Shown in pieces: positions 1 through 11,734 of a stretch of DNA of 42,309 bases; the stretch's first letter is position 1, and every line of letters begins with the position of its first letter. The notes below the pieces were generated by a model. The model did no database searches. It was not told the origin of the DNA and was given only the letters and a program-made list of their open reading frames with translations. The DNA lies in NCBI GenBank assembly GCA_051294375.1, contig CM119271.1, positions 8,576,148 through 8,618,456 on the forward strand. The letters run 5' to 3'. The translations under genes and the position numbers were made by a program. This DNA comes from Paraspadella gotoi (taxonomy: Eukaryota; Animalia; Chaetognatha).

Positions 1-177
1 GCTCATCGTCGTCAAGGCCGACACGGGCGTCTCCAACGTCGTGGACGCCGTTACCAAATACGCGGAGAACTTCCTCGACTTCGACAGGATCGTCGGGGTC
101 TGCGTGACGCACATGGACACTGTCGAGTGGGAAGAAGGGGAGTTGAGGAGCGTGCTCGAACAGTCTTGCGGTATCGA
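1..177 (+). CDS. Partial internal exon of P-loop GTPase gene (G4 region), truncated by window start
   Basis: Frame from nt 2 reads LIVVKADTGVSNVVDAVTKYAENFLDFDRIVGVCVTHMDTVEWEEGELRSVLEQSCGI. It ends GA|GTGAGT (donor at 178, phase 2), which joins in frame to the acceptor TTATCTCCAG|A at 1810/1811. The hydrophobic strand + THMD matches a G4-like T-x-x-D motif. Confidence 0.8.
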
Positions 178-1085
178 GTGAGTACATTTAAATTTCGTGG
201 ATAATTTTATTGATTTAATTCGGGAAGGCGTTGGAATTTTTTTTTTATTAACTATTCATTTGTAATTTTGCATATCATATTGTAATATATATATTGTATA
301 AACGGAANNNNNNNNNNTCGTCGTCAGATGTCATTTTTCAACCTCATTACGAATTATTTCCTCTTTTTATCCTCCCCCGTTGAGGAGACGGTGCGCCGAC
401 GAACAAGACGCATGCGCGAGCCCTTCTCGTCTTTTTGACCGTTTTTTAAATTAATTGTATTCTAACTTTGTATCTCGTAGTCTTACAATGATGCATAAAT
501 ACAAACTTTAATATANNNNNNNNNNNNNNNNNNNNNNNNNNNNNNNNNNNNNNNNNNNNNNNNNNNNNNNNNNNNNNNNNNNNNNNNNNNNNNNNNNNNN
601 NNNNNNNNNNNNNNNNNNNNNNNNNNNNNNNNNNNNNNNNNNNNNNNNNNNNNNNNNNNNNNNNNNNNNNNNNNNNNNNNNNNNNNNNNNNNNNNNNNNN
701 NNNNNNNNNNNNNNNNNNNNNNNNNNNNNNNNNNNNNNNNNNNNNNNNNNNNNNNNNNNNNNNNNNNNNNNNNNNNNNNNNNNNNNNATATATTTATTTA
801 CCAATTATGATATGCAAAATTACAAATGAATAGTTAATAAAAAAAAATTCCAACGCCTTCCAATTAAATCAATAAAATTATCCACGAAATTTAAATGTAC
901 TCACTCGATACCGCAAGACCTGTTCGAGCACGCTCCTCAACTCCCCTTCTTCCCACTCGACAGTGTCCATGTGCGTCACGCAGACCCCGACGATCCTGTC
1001 GAAGTCGAGGAAGTTCTCCGCGTATTTGGTAACGGCGTCCACGACGTTGGAGACGCCCGTGTCGGCCTTGACGACGATGAGCAAG
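1..1085. repeat. Inverted repeat pair (about 1-285 and 790-1085) around two assembly gaps
   Basis: The reverse complement of 790-1085 reproduces 1-285 (exon end plus intron start) with small indels only. Confidence 0.9.
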
Positions 1086-1335
1086 AGGCCGACGGGCCAC
1101 GGCTCATGGCCGACGCAATGTGGCAGTTGTGCTCCAACCGCTTGCCCATGGGGTTCGTTCCCGGGGTGTCGCATATTATGGTTCCGTCGGGTCGTCGCGG
1201 ACGAAGTGTTCCGAGTCGACCTGGGTGAAAGCTCGTGCTTTGATTCGATCCCAGACCCGCGACGTCGCAGAGCTTTTCCACGAGGGTCGATTTCGCGACG
1301 CGCACGTCGCCCACTAAGACCACGTAGGGAGGGGG
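905..1335 (-). CDS. Inverted copy of the GTPase-domain exon (G1-G4), with apparent frameshifts
   Basis: Minus-strand acceptor CCTCACCCGACAG (ends 1336) and donor GTGAGT (starts 904). Reads YVVLVGDVRVAKSTLVEKL (degenerate Walker A), STSF (G2 region), IICDTPG (G3), then after a frameshift VGLLLIVVKAD...VCVTHMD (G4). The 3' part is near-identical to 1-177 apart from an indel. Confidence 0.75.
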
Positions 1336-1492
1336 CTGTCGGGTGAGGAATCGGAGTGGGACCGGTAATTAGGTCAAATGTATGGAGGGAATATTGAAGT
1401 TGAAACCGAAATGCCAAATGGGGGGGTTTTTTTTCCTGTTTAAATAATTAAATAATTTTTAAACTCGTTCGAATAAATTTTTAAATTCTTAC

Positions 1493-1616
1493 GTTTTTCG
1501 ATTTTGACCGGAAATTCTTGTTTAATTTGGGGCCGACGCGGAAAATAACGGACGAGTTTGTTTTCGCGAAAAGTCGTTGGATTCATTAAATTTTGATTGC
1601 AGTCATATTCGGCCAT
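1493..1616 (-). CDS. Putative first coding exon of the GTPase gene (inverted copy)
   Basis: AAAATGG start context at 1616; MAEYDCNQNLMNPTTFRENKLVRYFPRRPQIKQEFPVKIEK; followed by donor GTAAGA at 1492. Joining to the 1335 exon needs a 1-nt correction in a C5 homopolymer. Confidence 0.5.
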
Positions 1617-1810
1617 TTTTTTTTCATGGAAGGCGAAAATAGGTTCGCGAAAAGGATTGTATAAACGGAAATTTCTTGCTTTTAACAACAAAAGTGATTT
1701 TTACGCGTCTGTTCAGAAAACTATTTTTTTGAAGGCGATTTCAAAATTCTAAATTTGTTGACCAACCTTTTTTTGGCTTTCTCCTTGCCCCGTCCTTACC
1801 TTATCTCCAG

Positions 1811-2654
1811 ATCAGTCATGTTCTCCCGCCTCACCTCCACCTCCTCAGAACTGCTTCGCGGATTGAACAGCGTCGTCCGTCTCGAACCCATGAACATCTC
1901 CATCGATAGCAGCAACTTCTTGCGTTTCTTCCGCATCAACGACCGCAACCTCAGGATTCTCCGCAGCGTCCGCAACGAGGTCGAGCTCTTCCAAAATATG
2001 CGGCAGAGCTTCTACTCGAAGTTGCCGCAATTCGAGCCGCCGCAACGCGTCGACCTGATGTTCGAGTTTAAGGCCTGGTTGACGCTGGAGATGAAGGAAG
2101 CCCAGAAACGCGTCGCCGAATTTAACGAGTTCACCTTTTGCGACGACGCCCGCTTAGCCAATGAGGCGGGACACATCGCCAGTCTGACCAATCAGCTCGA
2201 GAAGATCCTCTACGACGTCAGGATCAAGGCTCTCGAATACTCTGCCCCTCACGGGATCGGCCAGCTTCGAAGCTGCCCCCACTGCGGCCAGATTTGGACC
2301 TTGGTTATCGGGTGCGATGGGGAGACGACCTGCGGCGAATGGGTCGACCGATACGACGTTCGCGAGGGCAGAAACGGAGTAATGGCCACCTATCGGTTCG
2401 TGTGGAATCGTGCGGAGGAGGAGCTGGAGATTGTCCGAATGAACGACAGGCGCGCGAGGAAGATCAAGCATGGAGACAACCAAGGATGCGGCCGAACGAT
2501 CGTCTGGTCGGAGATGGCGGCGGTGCCGCTGCCGCCGGAATGGAGCGTCGAGCAGCCGGTCAAGATGGACGACGTTCGATATCTGGCGCCGGAGCAACAA
2601 AGTTCTTGGCATAAGTTCTTTACTTCCAAAATGGCCAAGCTCAGTATTGGCTAA
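1811..2654 (+). CDS. Terminal exon of GTPase gene: helical region plus Cys-rich Rcat/IBR-like Zn module
   Basis: Uninterrupted GC-rich 280-codon frame after a polypyrimidine tract and CAG acceptor; phase matches exon 1-177; motifs LRSCPHCGQIWTLVIGCDGETTCG and GCGRTIVW; stop TAA 2652-2654. Confidence 0.85.
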
Positions 2655-3789
2655 AGTTGTTTGTAAAGATTCGTAGTATTTTACAACTCGAACCAGTCAA
2701 ATGTTAGATTCAGAGGAACGCTGCTTTATCTTTTGCTTTTGCGATAATTTTCTCGTATTTTCGACTGCAACAGAGTAGAATCCGTTTTATGAAATTTTAT
2801 GAATGTTTGAAAATTGTTTGATTTCTTTAAATCGCTCAATACTTGATATAACCATTAATACTCGCCTTGTTTGGCTATGTCGAGCATGTTTAAGAGTTTT
2901 TAAATTATTAAACGCCAATATAATTTGATTCATTTGAATTTTTTACGTAAAAACTTATTTTTTTATCGCCGCTTTCTCGAAATAATTTTTTTTTCTTTTC
3001 CGATTTTAATTCGGCGCCAAATTTATAACTTCTCATAGCAGAATTATTTACTTGTTGGTTACTTCCTGATTTCCGGTTATACAGAAAATGTGAACTACTC
3101 ATTCGAGAAACCGTGACAAATAGCGACAGCGTTAGGTTTCGCGATATTTAAGGACAAATCCAATATCAACTAGGATAGGACGCTTCGTTAAGTCGCTCTG
3201 CTAAATCAAATGGACCTCAGTTATCAAGATGACCTCGTCACATAGAATCCTTACTGAACAACAGTGAAGTCGTCGTTATTGTCGTCGTCGCCCATCTTCC
3301 CACTTTCCCATAATCCATGTCATCGACGCCCCACCACCCCACTCCTTCACCACCATCCCGTCCCACTTCGAACACCATTTCTCCACCATTTTTTCGGGTC
3401 GTTATCTTCATTTGGTTCGCGCGACGTCTGCCTCCGAATCGTTTCTCAACTAAGCTAGCGTTCGAGTTTTTTTTTATTTTCCCGCCAAACTCGCTCGTTT
3501 GTTCGGCGCCACCCATCCCTCTCCGGTTCCTTCTATTTCAGATCCCTTTCCAAGTTCCTTTTAAAACCCTTTCCTGGTTCCCTTAGATACCGTTTCCTTG
3601 TACTGCACCGTTTTGCATTTTTGACAACGCTACCTATCGGTTTGGGTTTTTTAAAAATTGTCTTCGTATGAATTTCGTCACCAGAACTGTAGTTTGATGA
3701 CTTCCGAATTATTAAAATTCTTCCAATGCTCACCGCTCTAAGCTACTCTCCTTACGCTTACCCACTTTTTACAAGCTTCCCGCTTAAAT

Positions 3790-3830
3790 CTTGCCACTTG
3801 CCACTTTGACACTTGCCACTTTGCCACTTT
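3790..3830 (+). repeat. Short (T)TTGCCAC 7-8-mer tandem repeat
   Basis: ttgccac ttgccac tttgacac ttgccac tttgccac. Confidence 0.7.
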
Positions 3831-4809
3831 TCCCTCTCCCTTTTTCCAAATTCTCTCCAATTCTCTTACTTCCCCCCCCGACTATTCATTAGAGCGTAGT
3901 GAAATCACGTATGAAAATTTTACTTGTAAATCATTGAAAAACGTACCACCAGTGAACATTAATTTTATAAAAAAAATTTTATATTTTAAATTTCTGTAAA
4001 AAATTTTAAAATTTCAAAATGGACTTTTATTAATTTTGATGTAGATTTGAATTCCTAGTCAAAAGTTGATATCAGAAAATATAACTCATTTTTAAAAATT
4101 TTTTCATCAAGTAGGTTAAAAATTAAAAGAACTATATTTAATATACAAAAATTTAATTTTCAGCTTAAAATATAAGTTTTTTTAAATTTTTGACCAACTG
4201 AATGTAAGAATTTTTAAAAAAAAGTTAAATTTCTTTTTAACAACATTTTATGACGAATCCAAATCTGAAAAAAAAATCTGATAAAAAAACCATTTTGAAA
4301 TTTTAACATTTATAAGATTAGTACCATATATATAAATATAGCCTACTGCGTAAATTACAAAAATTATAATAACAATTTTTTATACATTGACGTTCATTAG
4401 TACAACGTTGTTCATTCCTCACTTTTATAATTTTAATTTAAGTTAAATTTAAACTTTTTAACTCCGCTTTACTATTCATACTCCCCCCCCATAACCCATC
4501 CAAGCCCCTCCTCCCGAAACAAAATGAATTCCCCCATCAATTAGCTCCTTTTGAAGCCTCAACGACGTCGTCATTCACAATCGCGCGCAGCACGCCGCGC
4601 GCCACCAAAAGGAAGACGCGTCGCGCGGACGAAAAAAAAACACGTGTCGTAAGGACAGCGGTGGAAGAGAAGAGCGTCTTGTCTGGCTTGGTCGTCTGTC
4701 TTGTACGAAAGGGGCGCCAATTCAAAGACTAAGTCTCTCCACTTTGTCTCGATCTCATTGACGTTGAAGCAGAAGAGGGTTACTTTTAGTTTCACCGACA
4801 GGGGTCGGG

Positions 4810-4870
4810 GAGGGGTTAGGGATAAGGGTGATTTAAGGGTGGTTTAGGGTAGTTAGGGTTAGGATAATTG
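4810..4870 (+). repeat. Degenerate TTAGGG-like tract
   Basis: ggttaggg, tttagggt, gttagggttagg units. Confidence 0.6.
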
Positions 4871-5255
4871 GGTAATATTTAATTTTTTTTTAAATAAATA
4901 TTTTTAAATAGTTTTTTAAAAGCCGCCATAACCGAGGTCGGCGAAAGTGAAATTTAGCCTTTGAGGAAATAATTGTCGACATTGTGTCAAATGTTGCAAG
5001 ATTTGATATTGTTGACTTTGGCGTTGTTCGTATTGGCGTTGGTGTTGNNNNNNNNNNTTCGTTTCTTAAAACTTTTAATAAACATTATTGGAATTAATTA
5101 GTAAAGTAAGAATTCGAAAGGCAGGAAAAATCATTGGCGTTTTAGAATTCGTGCCATATTTATCTCGTGAGATTTTCAAAGTTAATCCGATAACGATAAC
5201 GATAACGAGTTATATTCGCTGTTACAATTGAGATAAGGTAAGAAAAGAATCCCAT

Positions 5256-5495
5256 TACGGCAACAGCCGGGTTGCCTGTGATGCCCACTGGGTTGGGGCA
5301 TCTCGCTGTTGGCTTTGGGGGCTTCCGACCCTCAGTAACGCCTCCTGTCACAGACGCCGTTACCCCAGGACGGTCTCGCATTACCAACGCAGAGAGAGTT
5401 GTTAAGATCGTGGATGGAACACAACGCCTGGGATGGTGTGTTCCCCCTCTGAGTCAATGATGATGGATGTGAGGCAGTGTGAATATACCGCCACT
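5256..5495 (-). mobile_element. Solo-LTR-like/short interspersed element, copy 1, 4-bp TSD CCAT
   Basis: Reverse-complement homologue of 37945-38199 (roughly 85-90% by eye plus a ~14-nt indel); flanked by CCAT at 5252-5255 and 5496-5499. Confidence 0.8.
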
Positions 5496-5871
5496 CCATG
5501 ACGGAAAACGATATAGGGACAAGGGAAAGAAATGACGTGAAAAACCAGGTAAATATAAAGCAGCCGTAAGAAAAGCCAAAATAAAAAATAGAAAGGAAAA
5601 GAGCAATCGCTAGAAAAAAAAAGCTTGGTTCGGAGAGAAAGAAAAAAAAACCAAGCAGGATGATAAAGTGTTTTTGGGGAGAATTTAAAACCTTCCTTTG
5701 TCACTTCAACGTCGTCGAATTTTTTTTAAAAAAGAAAAAGAAAAAATTTCCTTTCTTCCTTCAACATTTCTCTTTCTTCTGGTCGTTGACATTTTGTATA
5801 ACTTCCTTTCCTTTTCTTTTTTTATATTTTCTTTCTTTTTTTGGCTCTCTCTCTCTCATCTCTTCTCTCTC

Positions 5872-5904
<33 letters not shown>

Positions 5905-7044
5905 TCTCTCTCTCTCTCTACCTCTCTCTCTCTTGCCAGCGTTCCCTCCATTCGTCTTTTCCTTTCTTTCGAACCTTCGTTCGTTTTTACATCACCCTCA
6001 TTTATTCTTCGCCGTTAAAAAAAAAGAGAAAAGTTTTGTTATCTATTTTAATAAATAAACCCTGAATAGATATGGTCGCTTCGCGAAGAATAAAAAATTC
6101 GAGCGATTCGAAAATTTTTTCCAGCTTTTTTTGGTTCATGACGAAAGTTGCACCAGTTAGCGCTCTTAAATACTTGCCAACTTACGAATTGGTTTTTGAT
6201 AAGTACATGCGTTTTTAGTATCTAAAGTCGTGGAACAACATAAATCCAGAAATAGTTTAGTAGTATTTAAAGACCATTTTAAACGATTACTCCGCGAGGC
6301 GCCGTTTTACCTTTTGATGTCTCTTTTTCGTACTTTACGTTAAATTCTTAGGAATATTTTTAAAATTTATTACCAATGTTTTCCTACTCTAAGACAATTT
6401 CGTTGAACTTCATTTCTAATGCAAAAAAAAACTTTAAATTAATGGTCCTGGTANNNNNNNNNNNNNNNNNNNNNNNNNTTTTTTTTCATTTTTAGATTTT
6501 CGTCAATATTTTTTAGCAAACTCTCGTTTTGGTAAATCGAGTTGGCAGATTTTAAACGGAGTTTTCTACTTTTACGCGATTGATAGAAACTGCAAAACAC
6601 CAAGAGTGAAAGGGTAACAAAAGAGGGACAAAGAAAGAGACAGCCTGAGAGAGAAATAATTCGAAAATGGTCCAACTACCAAATATGATAATTATTAATT
6701 ATCCATCTATTTAATAAATAAGACCCTAGAGAGAGTTCGGTATTATTGAAAGAGAAATAATACCTATGGTAGTGACAAAAGCATTCAAATACTAGATCAA
6801 TTTACGGTACTTTATTTAATATAATATAATCTAAACGTTAAGATTCATTGTGAAACTGAATTTTCTCGGAATTGTTTCACAGAATTTCGCCGTCCCGTTA
6901 GTCTGGAAACCTGTTCGCTGTGACAAAATCTTGACGGCGAAGTTTCACATCAATTGTTGACTGACGAGGGAGGAGGTTGTAAATCCACGAAAAGGGTTGT
7001 AATGTCTCTCTCTGTCTGTCTCTTCTCTCTTCTCTCTTCTTGCT

Positions 7045-7080
<36 letters not shown>

Positions 7081-8350
7081 TCTCTCACACTGCCTCTCCC
7101 TTGTTTGTCCTTCGCCCTTGCTAGAGAGCGAGTGATTTTCACGTTTTTTCTTCGTCTGTTCGTACGGGCGCCCGGTGGACAATATTGCTTACGACGATTA
7201 GGCGTCGATCGCCGAGTCGCTGGGGTGACGATTAACTTTCGATTGTCGCTTCGATCCGACGCCTGCGAACGTTGAATGGACGGAGAGTATGAACGAGGCT
7301 CGCCGATTGGTCGAGAGTTCGGGAGGCGGAAAGAGCTACGCCATGTTTCCGCTTATCCGGCCCGTTGATGGCCGGAGGCCAGGAAAAACTGTCCCGGCCG
7401 AGAAAAAAGATAATGGGGAGAAGAGGAGGCAGAGGGGGACAGGGAAAGAGAGAGAGAGAGAGCGGAGTGGAAAAAAATTGGGAGTAAGACAGAGAAGATG
7501 AGAGAGTGGGTAAAAAAAAAAAATTATGTATAATCCCGCCTCTTTTGAACTCTCTCGCTCCAACTCCTTCAAAATTGCCGAGGGGGTGATAGAGTCTTTT
7601 GAGGGCGTGTCCCTTCCGGGCGCGCTGCGAGAAAGCGAGGCGTTAACGAGGCGCGAAGCCAAAATTCGCCGCTATTATGATAATGACGCGCGAGGAAGGA
7701 AAAGACGCCGGGCGACGAGAGATGGCGCGCAAGTTAGAACCGACCAAATGCGTGGCTGGGATGGAAGTATCGACAATCGGGTTCGATGTCTTGAAGGGCG
7801 TTGATATTTCGGCAATCGGAGAGACGGAACGGATACGACAGCGACCAATGAAAGTGAACTAAGCGAGGCGGACTTTTAATTCCGACCAATGAGATTTGTT
7901 TTAAAACGTAGCTTTTTAAAGAACCCAAGCTTTTTATGTCGAAAACGAGACTCAAAAATGCGTCAATCTGCGAGCTGTGAGCTAGCTTTCTTTTTTTTTG
8001 AGACAAGACCAATAAAGACTCTACGGATTATTCTTCGGTTACTCCTGCTGACCAATCGCGTCGACGGGAAAAAAAAAATCTGAGAAGGGAGAAACATAAG
8101 GGAGAAAGAGAGACTTGTGTGTTAAGACTGAGGAAGATAAGAGAAGAAAATAAGACAATAAAGAAAGATTGTGGAAGAGACGAAAGTGAGAGAGACAGGG
8201 TGAAAAAGGGAAAAAGTGACAAAAAGAGAGGACAGGAAAGAAAGGAGAGTGAATGAGAAGAGGGCCTTTATTTTTTTTCCAGGAAACGCTCGCATTTCAG
8301 TTTTGAATTAAGATTAATGTTTTTTTTTAGTTAAAGATTCAGTCTAATGA

Positions 8351-8734
8351 ATTGGTAAGCAACCAATATAAATTATCCATTCATTAATAAATACAGCTAT
8401 CTTGCCCTGACTTTGGACAGGGCTTTGGTGGGTTTAAGGCCTCCATCACTCTTAACAAGATAATGACATAAGCAGGTCCTGCCAAGGTTCAATCAATATC
8501 TCTCTCACGTCTCGTTTACATCCAAAGTACCTGGCTTCCCATCAATGAAGTCGGGTATAATCTTTCAAAAAAAATTGTATGAAGACCACTCCCTTAAGTA
8601 TTAGATCGGGGAATACTTGTTGTAGCTCCGCACTAGCATCAAAATCAAGGAGCGAATTTTTGAAAATTGGTGACAACCAATATAAAAATTATCAACATCT
8701 CATTTAATAAATAAGCTATCTTGCCCCTGACTTT
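8351..8734 (+). repeat. ~65-bp direct repeat pair (8351-8414, 8666-8734), 315 bp apart
   Basis: ATTGGT..AACCAATATAAA..ATTATC..TTAATAAATA.AGCTATCTTGCCC.TGACTTT occurs twice; a weaker relative lies near 6670-6730. Confidence 0.75.
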
Positions 8735-8739
8735 ATATA

Positions 8740-8935
8740 AGGTTAGGGATCAAGGTTAGAGATGAAGATTAGTGACTGGTTTAATGGTTACTAAATTAGG
8801 GTTAATGATTTAATGTTAAAGACAAGAGTTTAAAGATTAAGAAGTTAAGATTAAAAATTTTTAAAAATGGTATGGTTCAGGATAGGTTAAAGTTAAGGAT
8901 TAGGGTTTTTAGATTAGAGTTAAGATTTGGTTATA
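8740..8935 (+). repeat. Degenerate telomere-like hexamer tract (TTAGGG/TTAAGA/TTAGAG)
   Basis: ggttaggg, attagggtt, gattaagaagttaagatt, ggattagggtt; also present in copies B (~16705-16900) and C (~25380-25575). Confidence 0.6.
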
Positions 8936-10497
8936 GGATTAATTATTTTTTATAAGAAAAAAAGTATCTCTGGGGATAATAACGGAAATGGGCCATTCTG
9001 GAAAAGGAGAGTCGAAGAAGAAATGTTTTTGGGAAATAACTGCGGCGAATATTTGTTCGACTTACGACGCCCTTTGCGATCTCGACTGGCGAGACTTTCG
9101 TTCGGAACCGAGATGGCGTCCGCGCGTGAGCATTATGACGTCAGGATGTTCGAGCCTGGGCGAGGGATAATGATGAGGGCTGTTGTTGTATGCGGTAATG
9201 CAATTTATGGTTGTGGTGGTTTTATGAGAGTCTCGTCTCGAATCGTCTTAGTTTAAGACGAATTCTTTGGCTTCCAAGGCGTTTTGTCTTCTCTGTCATC
9301 GTCTTTCGCGTCGTAATTGTCCATTTTGGTCGACCTTGTCAATCGTCGGTTTTGTCGTCATCGAGGTTGATGGTCTTTTTCATAAGCCAATGTCTTAGAA
9401 GTCTGCTTCGTCGTTTACATTTGTCATTTTCGTCGTCGGTCGTCTCGTAGTCGTCGTCGTCGTTCATTATGGTCCCGTCGTCGCTTTCGTGTTGTACTTG
9501 CTTTCCTTTCTCACTCTTCTTTCCACCATCGACATTTCTATTTTTTCTTTATTTTTCTCCTCCTCAATTTCTTTATACTTTATTTTCACACTTTCTACTC
9601 TTTTTTCTTAATTTTCTTTTCTTGCTCTTTTTTCATTATCGAAGTGTTTGTGACCATTGTACTAAAATTACATTTCTTTCTTCCATGTATTCAATCAGCC
9701 GTGGTGGCCGCTCGTAGTTCACATCGAGCTCATTTCGTAAGATGACCTAATTAGAAAACTTTTTGGTTGTCTTGACTCTTTATCACAAAATTTTAAAATA
9801 TCTTTAATAATATTTCAAGAAGTATCATCGCATGCTTACTAGCTCAATACTTTTTCAAAAGTAAGGGAACTAATTTCGTGCGAAATTTTAGTTTTTTATT
9901 ACATATAACTTAACTCATCTTAACTTCAACTTTATTAAAACATTTCACAAAAAATTTTAAACAAATTATTAGTAGAAGAAAGTTTGAATTGGGTTTACAA
10001 ACAACGATTTTTATTGGTACATGGGACAAACGAAATTATTTTATCACTAATTATCAGTTACTTTACGTAGCGATGCAATTTTTTTATTATTGGATACCTC
10101 ATTGCTTTTCTTTCACCCCGCCATATTGTTTCCTAACTTATTCGAAGTTATTTTCTTAGACTTACCCTTCCAAAGTTTCCCTACTACCTTTCTCACCTCC
10201 CACTTTCCTTAAGTCCCTTACCAAAGAAAAAACAACTTAAGGTGGGAGGGGACAGATCTTATAGAGGTGCGGGAAAAAAAACTTACAGCGCCCTATTTAG
10301 AGGTTAAGGCGAAGGACTCGCCGCAGAAACCATTAGGAAACGAAGAGAGAGAGAGAGAAGAGGAGAGAGAGAGAGAGAGAGGAGAGAAGAGAGAGAGAGA
10401 GACCGAGAAGAGAGAGAGAAAATTATAAAGAAAAATACTGAAAAGGCAAATTGGGGCCGTCTTAAGCAAGAAGAAGAAGGAGAGAGAAGAGAGGAGA

Positions 10498-10542
<45 letters not shown>

Positions 10543-10739
10543 GGATCGATAGGACGCATCAACCGCGCGCCTGGAGTCCGGATTCGAGTCGCCGACGGGG
10601 AAGAAGGAGACATTACCGATATACGGTGGGTGGAAGGGAACTTGATCGGGAGGGAGAAGGGAGGTGAAGGAAGAAGGGAGGGAGGAGGGAAGAAGGCGGG
10701 AGAACAAAAATGTGGATGAATAGTATTAAGAAGGCATGG

Positions 10740-10885
10740 GAGGCAAGGAAGGAAGGAAGGAAGCAAGGAAAGGAAGGAAGGAAAGGAAGAAGGAAGGAAG
10801 GAAGGAAAGGAAGGAAGGAAGGAAGGAAGGAAGGAAGGAAGGAAGGAAGGAAGAAGGAAGGAAGGCAGGAAGGAAGGAAGGAAAA
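10740..10885 (+). repeat. (GGAA)n microsatellite
   Basis: Directly visible; duplicated at ~27340-27480. Confidence 0.9.
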
Positions 10886-11383
10886 AGGAAAGAAGGAAGT
10901 AGATGGAGGATGGAAGGAAGAGGTAGGAATTAAGAAAGGATGGACTGGAAGAAAGTATAAAAGGGAGGGAAGAAAAAAAAACAACCATAACAAAGATTGG
11001 AAAATTTGCGTCGTTGGCGGAGCTTCGGCAAAACCAATCGCAGATTTTTCCGGCATCAACGCTTTGATTCCGGATGAAACGATATCTGCTGGATGACGAA
11101 TATCTGGATGACAAGAGAAATCGCGTCATAAAATCGTTCATTTTAACTGGAGAACAACAGAATCGCTTTTTCTATTTTTCTTATTTCTAGAAGAAAAGAG
11201 GGATGGAGAAGATATAGGAAGAGGTTAGAGAAAAAGAAAATAACGGACAGAGGATAGAGAGACAGACAATCAAATCTAGAAAAGTGAAAATAATAATCCA
11301 ACAAAGAGGGAAAGAACAGAACAACCGCTCAAAAACCAATAACAGACAGACATGACTGAGACCAAACGGAATCCCCACTCGTA

Positions 11384-11457
<74 letters not shown>

Positions 11458-11688
11458 ATCCCCTGGGAGTGAATGATTGCGGGCGGCGGGCGGCGCCGCC
11501 GAAAAAGGGAAGAAGACAAACGAGCGCGCCGGTTGACAGTGGGGGCTGGTTGTCGCGTCGGGGCTCGGCGGCGGTGCCGACGCCGACCTCGGACAAACGA
11601 GCGAATTTCGCGTCGGCGAAGACAAAGGGACAACGACTTCCGGTCCCGGGGAAGAGAGAAGAGAGAGAGAGAGAGAGGAGAGAGAGAG

Positions 11689-11734
<46 letters not shown>

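Noticed and set aside
1845-2676. Overlapping and antisense ORFs within the GTPase terminal exon
   Set aside because: Shadow frames caused by GC-rich codon bias of the real exon.
4537-4800. GC-rich exon-like block; the minus frame faintly recalls an AP-endonuclease N-terminus (FCFNVN)
   Set aside because: No downstream EEP motifs; strand and frame unresolved.
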